NCBI GenBank assembly: GCA_030587475.2
Contig: JAUQYZ020000014.1
Location: 1-17,247, forward strand
Direction: 5' to 3'
Length of the DNA stretch: 17,247 nucleotides
From: Candidatus Sigynarchaeum calidifontis
GTDB taxonomy: Archaea; Asgardarchaeota; Lokiarchaeia; Sigyniarchaeales; Sigyniarchaeaceae
Positions within the stretch are counted from its first letter, which is position 1; each line of letters starts with the position of its first letter. Positions 15,004 through 17,247 of the stretch are shown one piece after another. The notes below the pieces were generated by a model, which ran no database searches, was not told where the DNA came from, and saw nothing but the letters and a program-made list of their open reading frames with translations. A program made the position numbers and the translations under genes.

Positions 15004-15111
15004 TGGAGCCGGGGGTGGGAGTTGAACCCACGTGAACCAAATCTGCAGTCTGGCGCACGGCCATTGCACGGCCTCTATGCAAAAGCATAGGGACCGCTAT
15101 GCGACCCCGAC
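15004..15111 (-). tRNA. trnC: tRNA-Cys(GCA), CCA encoded, with a 33-nt intron at position 15/16
   Basis: Acceptor GTCGGGG/CCCCGGC; U73 discriminator (Cys identity); T-arm GTGGG-TTCAACT-CCCAC; anticodon arm CCAGA-CT GCA GA-TTTGG. Removing 15064-15096 gives a 75-nt cloverleaf with D-arm GCA-TAGTGGCCG-TGC and a G15:C48 pair. Confidence 0.93.
15064..15096 (-). other. tRNA intron (33 nt) with a bulge-helix-bulge splice motif
   Basis: Outer helix GGUC/GGCC; central 4-bp helix GCAU/GUGC; 3-nt bulges AG^C and AA^U; inner hairpin GGUC-C-CUAUGC UUUU GCAUAG-A-GGCC. Confidence 0.85.
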
Positions 15112-15255
15112 GATGGTTTTCACGTGCTTTCCGGAAATACTAGTGCAAGTTTCGCGGATTTGCACGAAGAATGAATGAAAATTTAGACTTAAATTTAGCC
15201 CGCGCGATGGATACATGATGGCCACGCCACGGGATCGAGGCGGGTCGGGAACGAC

Positions 15256-15690
15256 ATGAAAAAGGATATCGCCGATTTAATCGCCACGATGGACCGATGG
15301 CTCGCCGGGCTCGACGATGTCCGGTTCTCGTGCGATGGAGACACGGCGACACGGGTTCGCCGCGAGATCGTGCTACGAGCGATCATGGTAGGCGTTGCCA
15401 TCGAAGCGCGCGTGCTCGATACAAGCCAGGTCCACGATGCTTCGTCATTGATCATCGACCGTCTCGATGAATCGATTGAAAAAATATACCCGGCCGCCGT
15501 TTTGTTCCCGTTAACGAAAAATAAAGCCCTTGACACGTATTGCAAATTGTCCGAAGAAAACTTGACCACGCTCACCAATTGCATCAACCGCGTCATTGGC
15601 AATTTGCACGAAACGGTCGCGCGCGCGCCCGAGGCGGACGTGGCTGGCCTGTTTTACGAGCGGCACGTGGCAACCGGCAAGCCTTTATAA
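15256..15690 (+). CDS. Hypothetical protein, possibly a truncated N-terminal part of an N6-adenine DNA methyltransferase / R-M protein
   Basis: 144-aa helical ORF with host-like GC. It ends just after DVAGLFYERHV, which resembles the D-x-x-G-x-x-YE motif preceding G-x-(F/Y)-(Y/F)-T-P in type I/IIG MTases. Those downstream motifs are absent. Confidence 0.55.
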   Translation: MKKDIADLIATMDRWLAGLDDVRFSCDGDTATRVRREIVLRAIMVGVAIEARVLDTSQVHDASSLIIDRLDESIEKIYPAAVLFPLTKNKALDTYCKLSEENLTTLTNCINRVIGNLHETVARAPEADVAGLFYERHVATGKPL

Positions 15691-15696
15691 GGCTTG
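15678..15696. repeat. 8-bp perfect inverted repeat CAAGCCTT-tat-AAGGCTTG
   Basis: Read directly. It spans the TAA stop (15688-15690) close to the compositional boundary. Confidence 0.85.
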
Positions 15697-15815
15697 TTCG
15701 ACAAGCGCCCAGACTTGCAAGTGAGACTTGGCAGCAATGGGTGAAGCGATGCATGTATTCGGAGGACGGATCTTCGTTAGGCAACCTTAGGGTGGAGGAA
15801 TTCCATGGTTATACC

Positions 15816-15927
15816 GCGGCATCACTAATGGCGGAGTATTGGTGCGTGAGGGGCTTTTCAACGACTACCATGTTAGATCAACCTCACGAGCGGCATCACT
15901 AATGGCGGAGTATTGGTGCGTGAGGGG
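15816..15927. repeat. Perfect 38-bp direct repeat x2 with a 36-bp spacer
   Basis: GCGGCATCACTAATGGCGGAGTATTGGTGCGTGAGGGG occurs at 15816-15853 and 15890-15927. The spacer is cttttcaacgactaccatgttagatcaacctcacga. Confidence 0.95.
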
Positions 15928-17247
15928 GGAGAGTCATGTGGGTTATATCTACTTATTTGAGCCCAGCCATTCTATCGATAATCCAGAACTTGATATGCTC
16001 ACGCAATCATACTTGGACCTCGCTTTCGATGTTTTTAGGGCTGCGCATAATATTGGGACCGGATTCGTGGTTAACCCACGCCATCCAGTAGTATTCTCCG
16101 GAGCCATAATGAAAGATGCCTTAACATACTTGGTCAGAGCGAAAGATGTTGTACTTTCGGAAACTTCTACCAATATACCCGTCGGTTCTCTCCCTTTCGG
16201 CTACCCCGTGCAGCGATATGTTCTGGGAAAGGGCGTGTACTTGCATAATATCGAGATAGGGATGAATATTCGTGATGAACTTATCCGCGTGCTGATACCT
16301 TCGGACTCACATAATCCCACATTACCTGTGCCATCTATATGGGCAGGGAATCTTTTGGAGTACCAAATCACAGATGGCCTTGATGCAGTTCGAATTATTA
16401 CGAAAATGAAGTTGCTCATGATTTCGCAAGGATTTGACTTCATTAGGTGGGGCAATATGGATTTCGTGGTTTTCCCCGATGCTGAATGGATTCCCGAGCA
16501 TCTGAGAGGGATTACACTACAGTGGGAGCATGGGAAAGGCTTGAGCGCGTCCGACTTTGAAGGTGTTCGAGGATTCTTGACTACATTGATGGTGATTTCC
16601 GATTTGTTCGTATTGAAGCAAGATATGAAGAAAAAGGCTAACTTCATCGGGCCACAATTAGGGGTCGTCTTACAATCTTCTGCACATCCTGAAATGGCTT
16701 TTAGTAATCAAGGATTGAATCTCGTTTATGGTTTAATGCAGAGACGGAATTATGTTTCGATTGTTCCTGGATCGTTAGTGGATACCAATGCCGAGACTAG
16801 TTGCCGGTTTGTGCTTAATTACAGACAGATGCTGACATCAAGGATTAATAATCTTGGAGATTTACCACCTATTGCGAATATCTTCTTGGATATGAGTTAT
16901 GACAAGACTTCAAAGATCGTGACCGTTTCTACAGCGATTGCCGGTATAACCGTACGGCTAGGTACCTATCACGATATGGGGCTTGTGGAAGAGCACTTGA
17001 TGAAATTCTTTGACTCTCTTCAAACCCATGGACATCTAGATTTCCGACCGATTACCTTCGGTTTCGATGCAGTTTCGAGACAATTTATCTTCGATATAGA
17101 ATCTGTAAGGATTCCAGGTTTGCACATGACTGGACGTGTAGATCTCGCAACAGGCCGGATTTCAGTAGGTTCATTGATTAACAATGGTGCCCCCGTCGCA
17201 TGCTCGTTCAGCGTGGCGGCGACTACAAAAGCCTTCACAGTTGAGGA
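15902..17247 (+). CDS. Long low-GC hypothetical protein, incomplete at the right edge (missing from the ORF track)
   Basis: Manual translation shows the frame is stop-free from 15791 to the window end. From ATG 15902 it reads MAEYWCVRGESHVGYIYLFEPSHSIDNPELDMLTQSYLDLAF…FSVAATTKAFTVE (448 codons). The true start is unclear and the 5' end may be disrupted. Confidence 0.8.
   Translation, partial: MAEYWCVRGESHVGYIYLFEPSHSIDNPELDMLTQSYLDLAFDVFRAAHNIGTGFVVNPRHPVVFSGAIMKDALTYLVRAKDVVLSETSTNIPVGSLPFGYPVQRYVLGKGVYLHNIEIGMNIRDELIRVLIPSDSHNPTLPVPSIWAGNLLEYQITDGLDAVRIITKMKLLMISQGFDFIRWGNMDFVVFPDAEWIPEHLRGITLQWEHGKGLSASDFEGVRGFLTTLMVISDLFVLKQDMKKKANFIGPQLGVVLQSSAHPEMAFSNQGLNLVYGLMQRRNYVSIVPGSLVDTNAETSCRFVLNYRQMLTSRINNLGDLPPIANIFLDMSYDKTSKIVTVSTAIAGITVRLGTYHDMGLVEEHLMKFFDSLQTHGHLDFRPITFGFDAVSRQFIFDIESVRIPGLHMTGRVDLATGRISVGSLINNGAPVACSFSVAATTKAFTVE

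Noticed and set aside
14940-15250. Integrase or att duplication at the tRNA-Cys 3' end
   Set aside because: There is no exact copy of the tRNA 3' end and no integrase or transposase in the window.
15746-15782. Possible degenerate third copy of the 38-bp repeat (gcat…cggag…cgttagg)
   Set aside because: It needs several gaps and the spacing is off-period, so it cannot be distinguished from chance. No CRISPR feature was called.
15737-15790. In-frame ATG 15737 and TAG 15788 upstream of the long ORF, suggesting pyrrolysine/amber read-through
   Set aside because: TAG is used as a normal stop here (argG and the 86-322 ORF), there are no pyl genes in the window, and the extension is only ~17 codons. 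Decay or chance is simpler.
15949-17238. Three short minus-strand ORFs in the low-GC region
   Set aside because: They are antisense to the continuous plus-strand frame, which explains the region better.

Overview
Archaeal chromosomal segment, GC-rich (high-50s % by eye) up to about 15.7 kb and markedly more AT-rich after that. It is probably from an Asgard/Lokiarchaeia-type lineage (inference from protein style and an archaeal intron-containing tRNA). Recognisable genes: argG, an ABC-2 exporter (ATPase + permease), a tandem-GNAT acetyltransferase, a RimK/LysX-family ATP-grasp ligase, dapA, a DUF6125/V4R-like protein, a HEAT-repeat protein and several hypothetical proteins. One hypothetical is a 751-aa Zn-ribbon / Pro-rich repeat / C-terminal globular-domain protein. 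Three things are not shown in the ORF track: (1) a tRNA-Cys(GCA) gene (15004-15111, minus strand) with a 33-nt intron at the non-canonical D-loop position 15/16, inside a complete bulge-helix-bulge motif; (2) a low-GC frame of more than 440 codons that runs off the right edge and carries a possible PD-(D/E)xK-like motif; (3) a perfect 38-bp direct repeat with a 36-bp spacer at the start of that frame, whose removal would fuse two reading frames. All calls were made by eye with no database searches.
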